Positions 36,112-50,480 of a DNA stretch of 64,000 bases are shown one piece after another (positions within the stretch are counted from its first letter, which is position 1; every line of letters begins with the position of its first letter). Source of the DNA: Gnetum montanum (taxonomy: Eukaryota > Plantae > Gnetophyta); assembly GCA_015680685.1 (NCBI GenBank), contig MNCI01001543.1, positions 366,051 through 430,050 of the forward strand, written 5' to 3'. Below the pieces are notes generated by a model. The model was not told the origin of the DNA. It ran no database searches and saw only the letters and a list, made by a program, of their open reading frames with translations. The translations under genes and the position numbers were made by a program.

Positions 36112-39100
36112 CTGCACATTAACCATAAGCACATTAAGTGGCACCTGTGGGATGAAATGAGAAAATGATGTCGAAATAATGTAAAATATTCTTGTGATAA
36201 TGCATATATGAGTGAAAACATATTAAATAAAATTTCAAACAATGTTTAAACATTGTTAAAAAAGGTTATAAGAGGTATATTAAAGAAAATAATATGACAT
36301 AAAGGCTAAATGGTGTAAAATGAGACCAAATTAAGGCCTAATGATGGTCGAATGGGAAAAAAAGAAGACCAAATGATAATCAACCCCATCAAATGATGTC
36401 AAGAATGGTTTAAAATGGAAATATGAGAGAAGTTAAGGCAAATAAGATGAAATAAAGGCTAAATAATGTGGAATGAAGCTAAATGAAAGCTAAATGATGA
36501 TCAAATGGGGCTAAATAAAGACCAAATGATGGTCAAACCCCATCAAAGGATGTTGAGCAAAGTCAAAATAGGTCATACAAATGTCCAATGATATTAAATA
36601 ATGTCAAATAAAGTCAAATAAGGTCAAATGATGCCAAATGATAGAAAAATTTAGTGGAACAAGGATAAATGATGAGAAAATGATGAACATGAAGCCAAAT
36701 GACACCAAATGATATAACAATGAAGGTCAATAATGTGTAACAGGGTTAAACCAAGCCAAAACACAAGGGAACAAGGTAAAACCAGTCAAGGTGGATAAAA
36801 TGTGTAAACCATGATCAATTTTATTTAATTAGGATCACACTTTTTGGGCCTTAGTAGGCCATGGTGTGAGGCTTGAGGATCGATCAGAGCGTTTGGAGGC
36901 AAAAACAAGTCCTTTTTGAAAAAATACGCTGAAACACATAAGAAATACATTGTATAGCATATGTTTGGTAGGATCTACTGTATTGTTTGATAATATATGA
37001 TTTCCAAGATTGGTTAGGACCAATTTTGGAGTTTTGATGGCCTAAACTGATAGTGCAATGGACTACGAGTAGAAATTGATCAACTTTGGTGTCGATTTGA
37101 CCCCCTAAAGACTCAAATGGTATCAAAAGCTGAAAATACATTGGCTAGAATAATTTTCCCTATTTCTAAAATAGGGTTTCATGAAAATTTGATTTATGAT
37201 GTCTTAGGTTTGAAATTCTTGCTCCAGCAACATCCTAGGATAGTGTAGGGATATCAAGGTTTTCAAATGGTTAGTTGGAGGCCAAAATAAGTCACTAAAA
37301 ATGCAATTTGGCATCCCAAACCTTAAAAATACGTTAGCTAGAGTAGTTTTCTATGGTTCCAATCTATATTTAATAAATTTGATCATTTTATTTCAAAAAC
37401 AAGATCAAATGATAATTGGTTTTAGGCTCTGAGATTCTAGGCTTATCTAGTCAGGTTTTAGGTCATTCAAAGTGTGGCTAGGCTATTAAATCTACCTTGG
37501 AAATAAAAACTAGATTGGCCAATGTAGTTTTAATTTCCTCCAATGTATTTTTATAGAAATCATAATTTTTGAATAGTTTGGAGGGTTAATTAACTAAGTT
37601 TTTGGGCTCCCGAGGTTGCTAGTGTCTATGGATATGGCTCATTCTGAAAACTGTTGATTTTGGAGGTCATTGGAATCTTGATTTTGTCATGTTTTCTTAA
37701 AAATGTGTTTTCTAGCATATTTTGGAGGCTTTGAATGTATTTTTGAAGAAAATGATTGATTTTAATAATTTTGACCTAGTTTTTTGGGTTTGATGATCGT
37801 TAGAGATTTTGATAGGGTTTTAGGGTTGGATTGATGCATTTGAAGGTCGATTTGATTGGTTGATGACTTTTTCTTAAATTTTCTTAGAAAAAATACATTA
37901 GCTAGTATAGTTTTGGAATCTTCTAGCATACGTTTTAGGTTTTCATGAGTTTTAACTTGTTATTTGGCTTTCCAAGGTTACCAGAGACTCCGAGAAGGTC
38001 TGAAGGCTAGGGTTTACAATTTTAGAGGCTATTGGATGTTTTATTAATTTATTTCATGGTTAATATCTAGAAAGATACATTAGAAAGAATAGTTTTGGAG
38101 TCCTCTAGTGTATTTTCTCAAGAATTATGACTTTTGACACTTTTCAATAGGTTCTAGGAGGTTTTGGAGCTACGTGAAGCTCCAGCTAGCATTTGAGGCT
38201 TGACATGGTCATTTTGAGGTCAAAGGAAGGTTTGGTCAATTTCGATTATTCTCATCCCTAGTAAAAATATGTTGGCCAATGTATTTTTGTGCTTGGCCAG
38301 CTTAGTAATCCAAAAATATCTTATTTTGCATGTGTTTTGACATTTCTTAGTGCTCAAAACCCTTTGGTATCAATGTTTGGTTTTCCATTTTTGACATGAT
38401 ATCATTGGTGGTAGTGGGCTAAGGATGGGTGCCTAGGAGGTATGTCTTGGTCATGGTTGGTTCTTGGAACCCATTCCAAGGCTTATTTGAGCATTAATCG
38501 TAGTGTATATTTTGCTTAAAGGTGTAATCCACATTGTATTGGGTTTTTTATTGGTTTATTTGGGAGGCACCTAGTGGGGTCCACCCAAGTTTAAATTATC
38601 ATTAGGCATTAAATTTACCACAAACCTAGTGTAGTTTTCACTTTCCATATATGAACATGAAGTCTATTGGGTGTTATGTAGGAGTTACAGGCATGGAGAA
38701 TTATGGTACCAACACATAAGTATTGGAAGACGTTTTCTTTGCAAATTTTATGCAAATCATTCTTTCTAGCTTAATTTTCACTTGAAACACTTAAAATTGA
38801 TGATTCTTAGCTATTTTTGGCTTATTTTTCATCTAAACACAATGTAGCTTTGCCACCTTTCATCATAGAGGTAGCGTAGTTGCAAGGAGGTGTAGAGGAG
38901 TTGAAGATTTTTATGCTTACCTACCCAAGATGTCAAAGAGATGAAGAGAAACAAGCAAGAACCAAGCCTTGGAGGAGTTAGAAGTTGCTCCCAAAGGGAT
39001 CTCCCACTTACCTAGGCCATTCATTGGAGAAGGTTCATCTAGCATGAGAGCCAAGTACCCTTCTTTAACCATTTTAATTGATTTTCAGCCAAGTATCTAG

Positions 39101-41547
39101 GTGTTTTGTGGTGTGTGGGTCATTTGTTTTGTGAAAATTTTTGGTTTTATGATTTAGATGTTTTTTATAGGTTGTGACAAAGTTTTCACATTGTTATGTT
39201 AGCCTTAGGACCTTCCTAAACAAAATTTTGAATTCTTATTCAAGCCCATCCTATGCATTTTCACTATTTTTTACTAAAAAAGCAACGTCAGTTTTCAATT
39301 TTTCTGTAAGAAAATGGTATAAAATTGTTAATTTTTAGGCTATATTTTGGTTTTAAACTATTTAATGATTGTAAAAAACATGAATTCTTGATTTGTGAGC
39401 TACGGTTAATTTTTATGATTTTTTTCATAAACTAGTGCATAGTGATTTTTCGGTTTTAAATTGTTTTTACCCCTTCAAGATTGAAAACATTGACATACTT
39501 TAGTAACTTTATCATCAATTTCCTAGCCTCTTAGGGATTACTATGATTGTGTGGAAAAGTTTTGCATTGGTTTTGTAATTTTTTGGAATTTTGCCAAAGG
39601 TTTCATTACAGCTATTTCACTACAAACTAGGTTTTTTGAGAAGAAATTCAAAGGGATTATGGGTTTCTTTTTTAATTTTTGTAATTTTACTTTTGTAAAT
39701 TTGGGATTTATTTTGTGTTAAACTTTTCATATGTACACTTCATAGACTTAAAAAAAATTTTGATAAAATTTTATCATTTTCATATTGGTATGTACTGCCT
39801 GTACATTTGTAGTTTCAATTGTTGAAACTACAAGCCCCCTAAGTTGTACAAGAAGCGTTGGAACACTTTTTTAATTTTATTGTGCATTTGTTTGTCTTCT
39901 AATAGTTATTTACATGTTTTAGATTGGTTTCCAAAAAAAATTTAATTTTTTATCTAGCTTTCCTTAGAGTTTTACTATAGCTATTTCACTATAAACTAGG
40001 ATTTCTAGCCCAAATTTCATTGAATTCAAGATGGAATTTTTATAGTTGCTACTATATTGTTAATTGTGGGTTAAAATTTGATACAAGATTGTTATCATAG
40101 TTTCAATGTTTTGACATAAAATTTCTATAATTTTTATGCATATTTTAGCCATGAGATTGCCATAAATTTTTTAGGACCAATTTTTTCTTGTTTGATTTTA
40201 GTTAGATTTTATTTTATGTTTTAATGATCATCACTTGTAGTTGTTGTATTTTATGTGAGAACATTGACACTATTATTGTCATTTTTGGTTTAGAAATTGT
40301 TCAAGTTTTATTATGGCCATGCAATATTGTAATAATTATCTTTCAGTTGTATAGGGCCTTCTTAAAATCCATCTTGGTGGTTTTTGAGTTGGTTGGACTC
40401 TTGTGTTGTATTAGCATTCTAGGATCCAATAGTTTGCCTGCTAATATGTTCCTAGATCATGGCTCCATTTTTTTAAGGATTTTGGTTAAAGAGTTACGAT
40501 ACTTTATACTTAATCATTTTAGTATGATTTTATGGTTAGACTTGGCCTCAGACACCACAATCGTTATTGTAGAGACTTCGCAACCCTGGTCAACTAGTCT
40601 CATCGCCAGATTTGTTGTGGGTGACCTTGATACTCATGTGGAGGATGACTATCATGATGGCATGTATACTCTAGGCATGTGTAAGTTATTCCATATTTGG
40701 TATATGCCAAATTGTGCTCAATACAATGCCAACAACACATTGATGATAGGTCATCATGTCAACACTTTGTTCCAAAATCCTCAAGAAACTTTCTATTACT
40801 TGTAAGCATAAGTACTATCCTAAGTTCTATTCTTTGCTTTTTACTAGGATACTTAGATAATAAATCAAATTTATATGCTACAAGTATAGGGTAGATGATG
40901 AAGGATTGATCAAGAATGACCAAGTCTTACCCTTAGCACACACTACCTTGGAGGTTTTTGGTCAAGGTACTTTCATGAGACTTACAATGATGGAGCAACT
41001 AAAAGATGATTTTGGCATATATATATATATCCCACTACTTCCAAGCCTACCATAGGTGTATGGATAAAAAGATCACTCATGCTTGGTGGAATATTCTAAA
41101 ATTAGGTGCTTATGTAGTTTGGCTCTTTAGGGTTCCAACATTGCCTTGACCAAGTAAGCATCTTTAAAATGTTCATATTTAAAACTTTTGGTTACTGTTG
41201 TCAATGATCTTTGGTTGTGTTGTTTTTAAGTTACTTAGCTTAAATTCTTTAATTGGTTTTGGCTATGTAGTTATGAGTTTAATTTAAATTTTTGAATATG
41301 TTTGTTATGTGCTTAATATTTTACATTTTTATTATTTTTTATTTTTGGTCCTATGTGATGTGCTCATGCTTGAAGGCTAACTAACTATCCATGTTTTGTT
41401 GTAGAGCATGTGCCAAAATCTAGTGTTGTTGTGATTACTTTAGGACATGCAAAGGAGAAACTTATCTTTACGTGGGATGAGGTAGACTTAGCATAGGAGT
41501 GGCTAGTTGGTAGAGCACCAAGAGAGATCCAGGAAAAGATTGCCAAT

Positions 41548-42317
41548 TGATGAATCGTGTTTTGACTTACTCTAACATCGAATATGAAATGTCAAATACT
41601 CAAAATTTGGATGTTATTTTTTGTCATAGATAGAAAATCTCTTGTAGTTTGTTTTCTCTAGAGTTAGAATATTTTCTGAGTGCCCATAGTAGGAGTCTAA
41701 GTGTGTACGAATCTTTGTTTGAAAACTGATGTACCTAAGCACAACAATGTGACGAGAATAAAAATGAATCCTTTTGATCATCCTTGTAGCACTAAGAATA
41801 TATTAATGTTTCCTTGATGCATTTAATATTTAAGCACTTTAATTTGATGCACTTATTTTTAATTAAGCAATTAAGTTTTAGTTGTTAATGAACATAAGAA
41901 CAACCACCTCGAGCGTACATGTAGCACTTGGTAACCCAGAAACGCTTAACGTTTGGTAACTTAGTAGGACTATATGTGTTTAGGATGTGTCTAGAAAAGT
42001 GGAATAGGTACTTGTGTTAGGCTAGCTTGGCAGGAGAAAAATTAGATTCTAAATTACTCTACCTTTCATTATTATTGTAGGTGATTAAACTTACAAAATG
42101 TAAAATGATAAAAATCATGTACCTCAATTACACTTAAATCATATTCTTAAACTTCACAAGTGTAGTTGGTAAGACAACGAATGTTCTTAATGTCCATCTC
42201 ACTTCTTAGAGGAACTATTGCACTATAGAACTATAGGTCCATGAAATTTGATTGGATCATGCGTGAATGCCTTAGTGATTCGTATGGTTGGCCATAGGGA
42301 TATCTCGTCACTCATCA
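41548..42317 (+). repeat. 5' LTR of element D (770 bp, U3 deletions)
   Basis: Direct repeat of 50481-51340 but 90 bp shorter; lacks CTATAAATA. Confidence 0.9.
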
Positions 42318-42476
42318 TTAGCACCATTGTTGGGGGCCTTTTGGTTGTTTCATGTAATATCTAGGATTTAGTGAAAATTCTTTAAATCATTGAAATGAAT
42401 CTTAGAGTCATATCACATTTTAAGATTACTATAATAATTTTAATAAGCACACTACATTTTTATTCTCTAACATAAA

Positions 42477-45400
42477 ATGTCTTCTTCTCATAGGAATGAT
42501 TCTCTGCCCAAGTTTCATAGAGTACATCCACCAATGACTCAAAAATACCAAGTGGTATATGTTCATCTTGATGAGTATGTACCAAATTTCACCTTCATAC
42601 TACACCAAGATGAACAACTACAGTGATGTGACATGGAGGGAAACATTATGTTTCCGCTTGATTGATCTGCTCCTATAATGCTCCAACAAATGATTATACA
42701 ATGGGCTCTACAAGGACTTCATGCTAAGTACGTATTGCAAGATAGTGATGCTAGGGATTATCATTTCACTGAGGCACAATATCTTAGAGATCACCAATTA
42801 AAACAATGTTACAAGTCTATGAAGGAAAAAAAATTTAATGATTCCCCATTCCTGCTATACCAAAAAGATAGTGGAGAGCCATTCTCTAGGGGTCTTCCAT
42901 TTAGTGAACTTCCTCTCTTTAACTTTGGTGAAGGAGGTCAAAAACAGAACTTCTAGTCCATGATTCAAAATCCTAGTTCTGGTAAGAATGGATCTAATGA
43001 CAAAGAGGGATCCAAAGAGGTAAATCAAGGTAGGAATGCAGATAAGAAACAAGATCATGATTATGGTTGCAATTACCAAAGAGGTGGTAGTAGGCACCAT
43101 GATGGTGCTAGTCCTCCTTCCTCTTCATCTTTATCATCATCCTCTTCTTCTTTTGGCTTTGATCATAACTGTAGGAGGTGTGACCATGATGGAGGTGACC
43201 AATGGAACCAAAATGATCGAAAGGATCATTAGATAAGGCAAGACTAGGGGTGTAAGTATTTAAGAGAGACATGATGCCATGAACGAAGGGGTAGTAGAGG
43301 GCATTGTAGGCACAAAAATCAAGGCCTCAATGAGTCTTTGCTTGCTACCTGAAGTATGCTAAACATTGTAGGGGTAGTACGAATTCCAACAAGGCATGTA
43401 AAGGATAGTCATATTAAAAGACTAGATATGAACAATATTCATAGGTTTGAAGGGGGATATAACTCAAATCCGTAGAACCATCTCCAAGCTTTTCGAGATG
43501 CATGTGCCTTGAAAAATATAGAAAATGAGTGGCAAAAGCTTAAGTTTTTCCCAAGGACACTCATTAAAGAAGCAGCAAAATAGTGTCGGTCCTTAGAACC
43601 AAAATCTATTAGATGATGGAGTACAATGCTTGAATTGTTCAATAACAAATATCAAACATACTCTAGAGTGTCATACTTGAGAAGGTAGATTCAAGGATGG
43701 AAACAAGAACACACAAACCCTTGGATGCTACCATCGGCCGATACTATTCCTTAATGCATAGATAACCTAGTCATGGTTATTCTCAACTAGATCAGCTTCA
43801 TCACATTGTAGATGGGATTTGATTTGAAATGAGGAGAACCCTTGGTGTCTATGCACAAGGGCAATTTTCAGAATTAAGTGCCTGTTAGATCCAAAGATTG
43901 ATTAAGAAGGTAGCTAAAGAGGAAGATGAATTGAGAAAATGAGAAAGTGCAAAAGAGTATAACCATGATCCTTCCATTTGCAAGAGGGAGGTTCAATTTT
44001 GTGATAGTGAGGAAGAATCATCACTTAATGAGGTGGTGAATAGGAAAGCCTTACCACTCTAAAAATTTCAATCTAAAATTACGACCATGGTTGATCAGTT
44101 ATGGGACTCTATGGATACCATATTTTAAGCTATCTTAAAAATTACTAAAGAGTCCAATGAACAAGGTAGTAATTGTGAGCGTAGGAGGTGCAAGAAGGTT
44201 GAGCGTTCCTATTAAAAAGGTAAGGATAAGATTGTTGTAATAAAAGGAGTTACAGAAAGTAAATCAAATGATGATGGTAAGTGTGATTTCTACCAATATG
44301 AACATCCTAAGGGATTTTTCCCCATAGTGTCACACTTTCAAGATTTTAGGATGTACACTTTGAATCCACAATTAGCACAAAGGCAAACACCTAGATAATA
44401 ACCTTGTCCTCAAGGTAATTCTAAGTAGTTTCACTAGCAACAATAGTATTATCCAAGTGGAAATCCATTGCAACCACATGAGAAATACCAATAGTGGCAG
44501 TAACCACAGTCATGGGTGTTGGTACCACCAAGGCAATAATACCCTTACCAACAACCTGATCTCTATGGGTATTACATTTAGTAACCCTTATCTCCACGTG
44601 ACACCTCCAGTCACATTTCTACTTTCCAATCTCACTACCACCCTTCTGATTATCATTGAACTCATTCTCCACATGCAAGAAGAGATACTACCTTTTACCC
44701 TTATCCTCTTCCTATTCTTGGACATATTCCTTTATCCTCTACATAGCTACCACCTACTCTGTCTATGCAGGGTGAACTACCAGCTTAACCATAACAATGT
44801 AATGCTAGTAGGGCAGTTAATCTACAATCAGTTTATTAATTGAGTGGTTTAGATGCTCGATCAAATAAAAGACATTTCTTCTAACTACATAGTCCACTTA
44901 AGCCCTCAAATACACTTGCAATTGACAACTTTGTTCCTCCATCTTCCTCTATACCAAATTATTTCAAGTTCCCTTCAAACCAAACATTGTCTAGGATCCA
45001 TACTAGGATGCTTACTCATGTCATATCCGATTGGATCCATGCTAGAAACCTTCATAGGAAGTAAGAAAATCCTATAAATCCTCTAATTTATTTGCAAATT
45101 ACTAGGAATGAACCATGTAAGGCTCTTCTTAATTCCAATTCCAGTGTCAACCTGATCTTTCATGAGATGTATTCTGCATGGAACCTACCTCCTTTAAAGA
45201 AGAGAAATATCATATTGGAATTGGTAGACCAGTCCATCATTGTTCCATTGGGATTGGTAGAAGATATTGTGATCACTGTATGTGGGTGGTCTTACCCTAT
45301 TGATTTCCTAGTAATCAAGGTGAAGAACTACAAAGGGAAATTCCCAATTATCATGGGAAGAGCATGGCTAAACATCGTTGATGTAAGAATGGGCATCAGA

Positions 45401-48400
45401 GACTTTTTCCTAGAAATATCTAAAGAAAATGCATTTGGAAAGATTGAGAAGAAATGAGCTCCATGCATTGCATACAATGATATAGGGTGCAATTGTGTGT
45501 GAAAACTCTAGGTAGTGAAACATGGATCCACCTCTACATGCAAACAATGTGCACCAGAAGTAGAAATTCAAAGATTTCTATATGCAGCAACCATCAAAAA
45601 AGAGGCCACCTAGTGGTTGACCAATGATTTTGAAAGGAACACACTTTACATGAAACCAACTAAGAGCCTAAAATGTGCATATTTCATAGGCATGGATGAA
45701 CATGAGAAAGTTCATCATCAACTCTTAGGTGATGCAAATGATGATACCTATTGGGAAGTGTTGAAAATTTCTAAAAATTTCAAGCAAGAGTGCCTTATAC
45801 TAAAACCTCTACCAGTTGGAATGGAATATTGTTTTCTAAAAAATGGAAAGTTGATCATAATCAATGAAAATCTTGCTCTAGAACAAAAAATGATGCTATT
45901 TAATATGGTTGAGAAATGGTTAGTAGCTTTTACTTGGTCATATCCTAAACTCATAAGGATTGATCCTAGGATATGCCAGCATCACATCTACACTAATCTG
46001 GCCATGAAGCTAAAGAGGAAACCATAGGAGCAATTGAACCAAAAATTGAAGAAAATCATTAAGAAGGAAATTGTACAGCTCCTAAAGGTAGGGTTTATTT
46101 ACCTCATTGTAAATAGTGAGTGAGTTAGTCCACTTGTTATTGTGCCCAAGAAAGATGGCAAGTGGCAGGTCTACATTGATTTTTGGTTGCTAAATATGGC
46201 AACATTCAAGGACCATATTCCATTGTCATTTGTTGATCAAGTGTTAGACACAATATCTAGGCATTGATACTATAGTTTTTTGGATGGTTATAGTGCCTAT
46301 AACCAAATCTAGATCACATCAAAGGACCAAGCCAAAACAACATTCACAAGTCCCTGGGAGACTTTCGCATATCACAAGATGCCTTTTGGTCTATGCAATG
46401 CCCCTATTACCTTTCAACGCCTGGTTCTAAATATTTTTTAATAATAAATTGGTAGTGGTATGGAAGTATTCATGGATGAATTTTCCACCTATGAAGCTAC
46501 ATTTGATTAAGCCTTGGACTACCTTGAGAAAGTGCTAAAAAGATGTGTTGAAAAAAACCTTAGGCTCAATTGGCAAAATAATCACCTAATGATCCAAGAA
46601 GGCATAGTATTGGGGTACAAATATCACAAGAAAGAATTGAGGTTAACCTTGAAAAAGTAAGAGTCATCCAAGGAATAACCCATGAACCAAAAATTGTCAA
46701 AGATGTTTAGTCATTCCTTGGACATACTAGCTATGAGAATTTCTTTAAGATTGCAAAATTATTGATGGATCTAACAAAGAAATATGCTCCATTTATCTAG
46801 ACTATGGAATGTGAATAAGCATTTCAATAGCTGAAAGAGAAACTTGTAGAAACTCCAATCCTACAAGCACACAACTAGTCTAGACCATTTCGTGTTATGA
46901 TAGATGCATCAAATTATGCCTTTTGAGCTATGCTTACATAGATGGATGAAAATAAATGTCCATATTATATCTCCTATGATAGCTAAAGTATTGTTAGTTC
47001 ACAATTGAACTACACCACCATAGAAAAAGAATTGATGGTAGTGGTGTTTGCTCTAGAAAATTTTAGACATTATGTTCTTGGATACAAAGTATTTGTGCAT
47101 ATAGACATAATTCCATCCACTTCTTGATGAACAAGCCAATGGTAAGCCCCTGTGTCATATGATGAATAGTGATCTTGTAGAAATTTAATCTTATGATGAT
47201 AGATCAAAGGGGCACTAAGAATGTGATCACTGATCATTTGTCTTAGTTATGATGGGATAACAAAGAGGAAGAAAGCCCACTATCTAATATGTTTCCTAAC
47301 GAACTCCTCCTTTTTGGGGCTATAACTGAATAATTGCCCAATGAACCTAAATGGTATGATGACATTCTCACCTATATTTTCACATAATAGATACCACAAG
47401 GGTTTGACCATTGGAAGAAATAGAAATTTCTTCACCAGCTAAAATACTTCATGGAGATCAATGAACACCTCTACAACGTGTGCACTGATGACCTGGTTCG
47501 AATGTGTGTCCTTGATGCTGATCAACTGTGCATCATCCAAGATGCTCATGAAGGCCCTTGTGGGATCCACTATGCTATAATATGCACATCCATTAAGATC
47601 CTAATGGTGGGGTACTATAACAATCTTCAGAGATGATTACCAATATGTCCACTCTTGTGAACGATGTCAACAAGATGGTGGAATGACTACTCGAATGGAG
47701 GAACCTCAGCAATGGATTTGATCACTAGAATCCTTTGACATTTGGGGCATTAAGTTCATGGGTCCCATCACACCCATGTTAAATGGAAAAGCATACATCA
47801 TAATCGCTATTAACTATTGTACAAAATGGGCAAAAGTAGCAACTATCATCGACTATACATCTTCTACTACTACTCAATTGGTATAGTAAAATGTTGTAAA
47901 TAGGTTTGGTGTGCCACATGCATTGATTTTTGATAATGGAACTCACTTTATAGCAACTATCATTTGGAAGCTCATGCAATGCTTGGGGGTTGAACATAAA
48001 CTTACAACACCCTATCACCCCTAGGCCAATTGTCAAGCTAAGGTTACCAATAGGGAAATCACAAGGATTCTAACAAGAACTATTAGCAAATATAGGAAAG
48101 ATTAATGAGTCTCAAATTTCTAGATGAAAATTGATTAGTGGCCCTATCATCTAACAAGTTGCACAAGGTATTCAATAAAAACTGCCATGACCTTAAAATT
48201 AGGAAATTTAAATTTCAACCAGGAGATAAGGTTCTGTATTGGAATCCCACACATGTACCTCAATAAACTAAGTTCCAAACATTGTGGGAAGGACCTTATA
48301 TAATTTATGAAACTTTTTATATAGGGACCATGATGATCTACAAACCTGAAAGCCCAAATAAGAAGCATCTGGTCAACATACAACAAATCAAACCTTTTCA

Positions 48401-48512
48401 TGAGCATAAGCCAACAAATATAACAATTGCCTCATTGGATGGACAACCACGCTCCATATTTCAGATCTCCTCCTTTCAACTCAATCATGGTGGAGATGGC
48501 CATCCACGCTAA
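42477..48512 (+). pseudogene. Element D gag-pol (gag, PR, RT, RNase H, integrase), many stops and frameshifts
   Basis: ALLNSNSSVNL; DPRICQHHI; FLDGYSAYNQI; MPFGLCNAPITFQR; VFMDEFS ~46466-46486; IDASNYA ~46900; AHEGPCGIHY..CERCQ; DNGTHF; WEGPYII. Confidence 0.93.
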
Positions 48513-49106
48513 CTATATAAGTGGCTCCTTAGTTTTTCACCACATTTTTGTTTTGTAACTTCTTATTTTACACGTTCTTTATTTTACATCTTCTTGTTTT
48601 CATGTTATTAATATTTTCTAATTTTTTTTATAACATTGTTACTACATTTGTTATTTCTTGAATATTTTACACTTTATTTATATTTTCTTTTATTCTAGTG
48701 TTATTTTCTAACATTTTTTTAATAAGTGCGAGGCATAGTGGTAATTCATTATACTATATTGTTATTTGATTATTGGTGTTTGGATTCTAGCTTTAAATTT
48801 TGTTACTGATAACTAGGACATGATTTATTTTTCATGCAACAAGTAGTGAGTCCACAACATCCACCCATTCACACACTATGGTTTTTCTTATTCTAGAAAT
48901 ATGCAGTCCTTTTTTTTTATTAATAAAACTATAATAAATTTATTACTTTGGTAGTTTCCAAAATTGGGAAGGATTCAAAGGTTTGAACATGGTGTGACCT
49001 CAAGGGAATTTAGTATTCCTTATGCCTTTTTACTTGCTTGGGTGCATGTGTGTTTCCATGGATTTCTTACCATTTCATGTCAACTAATAAAAGGAAGTTC
49101 AATAGG

Positions 49107-49260
49107 TCTTTGCATAGTGTGGTTTCCATTACCAAAAAAATGATGGAAATTCAAAGCACATCCCTTAGACATAATAAATGAATAATTCTTTGCATGGTGT
49201 GGTTCCAATTTCAAAAAAAATGATGGGAATTCAAAGAACATCCCTTAGACAAAATGAATA
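49107..49260 (+). repeat. 80-bp tandem duplication in the D 3' region
   Basis: TCTTTGCAT.GTGTGGTT..TGATGG.AATTCAAAG.ACATCCCTTAGAC starts at 49107 and 49187; single copy in C (~22553-22625). Confidence 0.9.
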
Positions 49261-50480
49261 GGCTACAAGCACTGGTTATGGGACTAGAAAGACATGTTAC
49301 CCATGCCTAAAGGTCCCCTCTAACTAAGGGCCTTTCTCACTTTCTACTTCTTTTTTCTTCTCTAATAAGGAACAATGGTTATTCTATGGAAGCACTCTTG
49401 TATCTCAGGGGGATGGATTGATCTTAGAATGTTGATGCGAAGTCATTAAATGTGGTTCATTTTGGTCTAGACTAAGGATGAATCTTATCAACTTATTTAA
49501 CCATAAAATTCCACAAGGGACTTTATGTAACCTTAATCTAGAACTCCATTCCACTCTCTTGCATCCATCTATGCTTTCATGTTTCACCTCACTATTGATT
49601 TCATGTTCTTGTTCAATGTCCTAGTTTGAAGTGTCGAAATCCTTAGGTAGTTTCTTCTAAGTTTTTGTACTTAACCTTTTGTAACCATTAATAATGCACG
49701 GGGCCCATGCATTCCTCGGTTTAAAGTTATGCAAGGGCAATAAAAGGCCTACGCCTACTTTAGGGAAAACCCACATGCATATCTTTTGGTTGGGTTAGTT
49801 AAGTTCTTTATCCTTAGACACTCTTATAATCAAATCCTTGTTAGCTCTCCATTAATGACATCTAATTTTGCACATCTTCACAATATTTTTTTAATGCACT
49901 TCCCTTTTTATTATTGTGAGTTCTTAAACCCTCTTCAAGAATTTCATCCTATTTTAATTTTTTCAAATTTAATGGACCACTTATCTATTTTACCCTATTT
50001 GTTAGTCTTCTTGCTAACACTACTAAAGAAATCAATCATCCACAATCACCACCTAGCTGAGTGTAACCACCAACAAGAAAAGATATCTAACAGCTATGTG
50101 TTATACATTGCATACTAATTCATAATTATATTGTGATTGTAGTGGAAATCATGAATTGTAAGTGAGACTATCTTTACCAAGGATGATGCAGTAGTATCAC
50201 ATGACAAGGACCATTCATGATCATTGGATCTTCTCTCTCACTCTTTAGGTACCCAAGGAGTTGGATGTTAGTTTCATCTAGGGTGTTTACTTCTCTTGTC
50301 ATGAACAACCAATTTTGTAAAAGATTGTAAATTTGTATACTTAGGCACTTAGAGTCTATCTATTCCATCTAAGTCAGTCTGTATGTCAGTCAATAATTCC
50401 ATACCTACCTAATATTTTGTAAGAAACTTATTCCTCCTCTTCTTCACTCGAGAATGGGTTTTCATTCAATTGTGGAGGTA

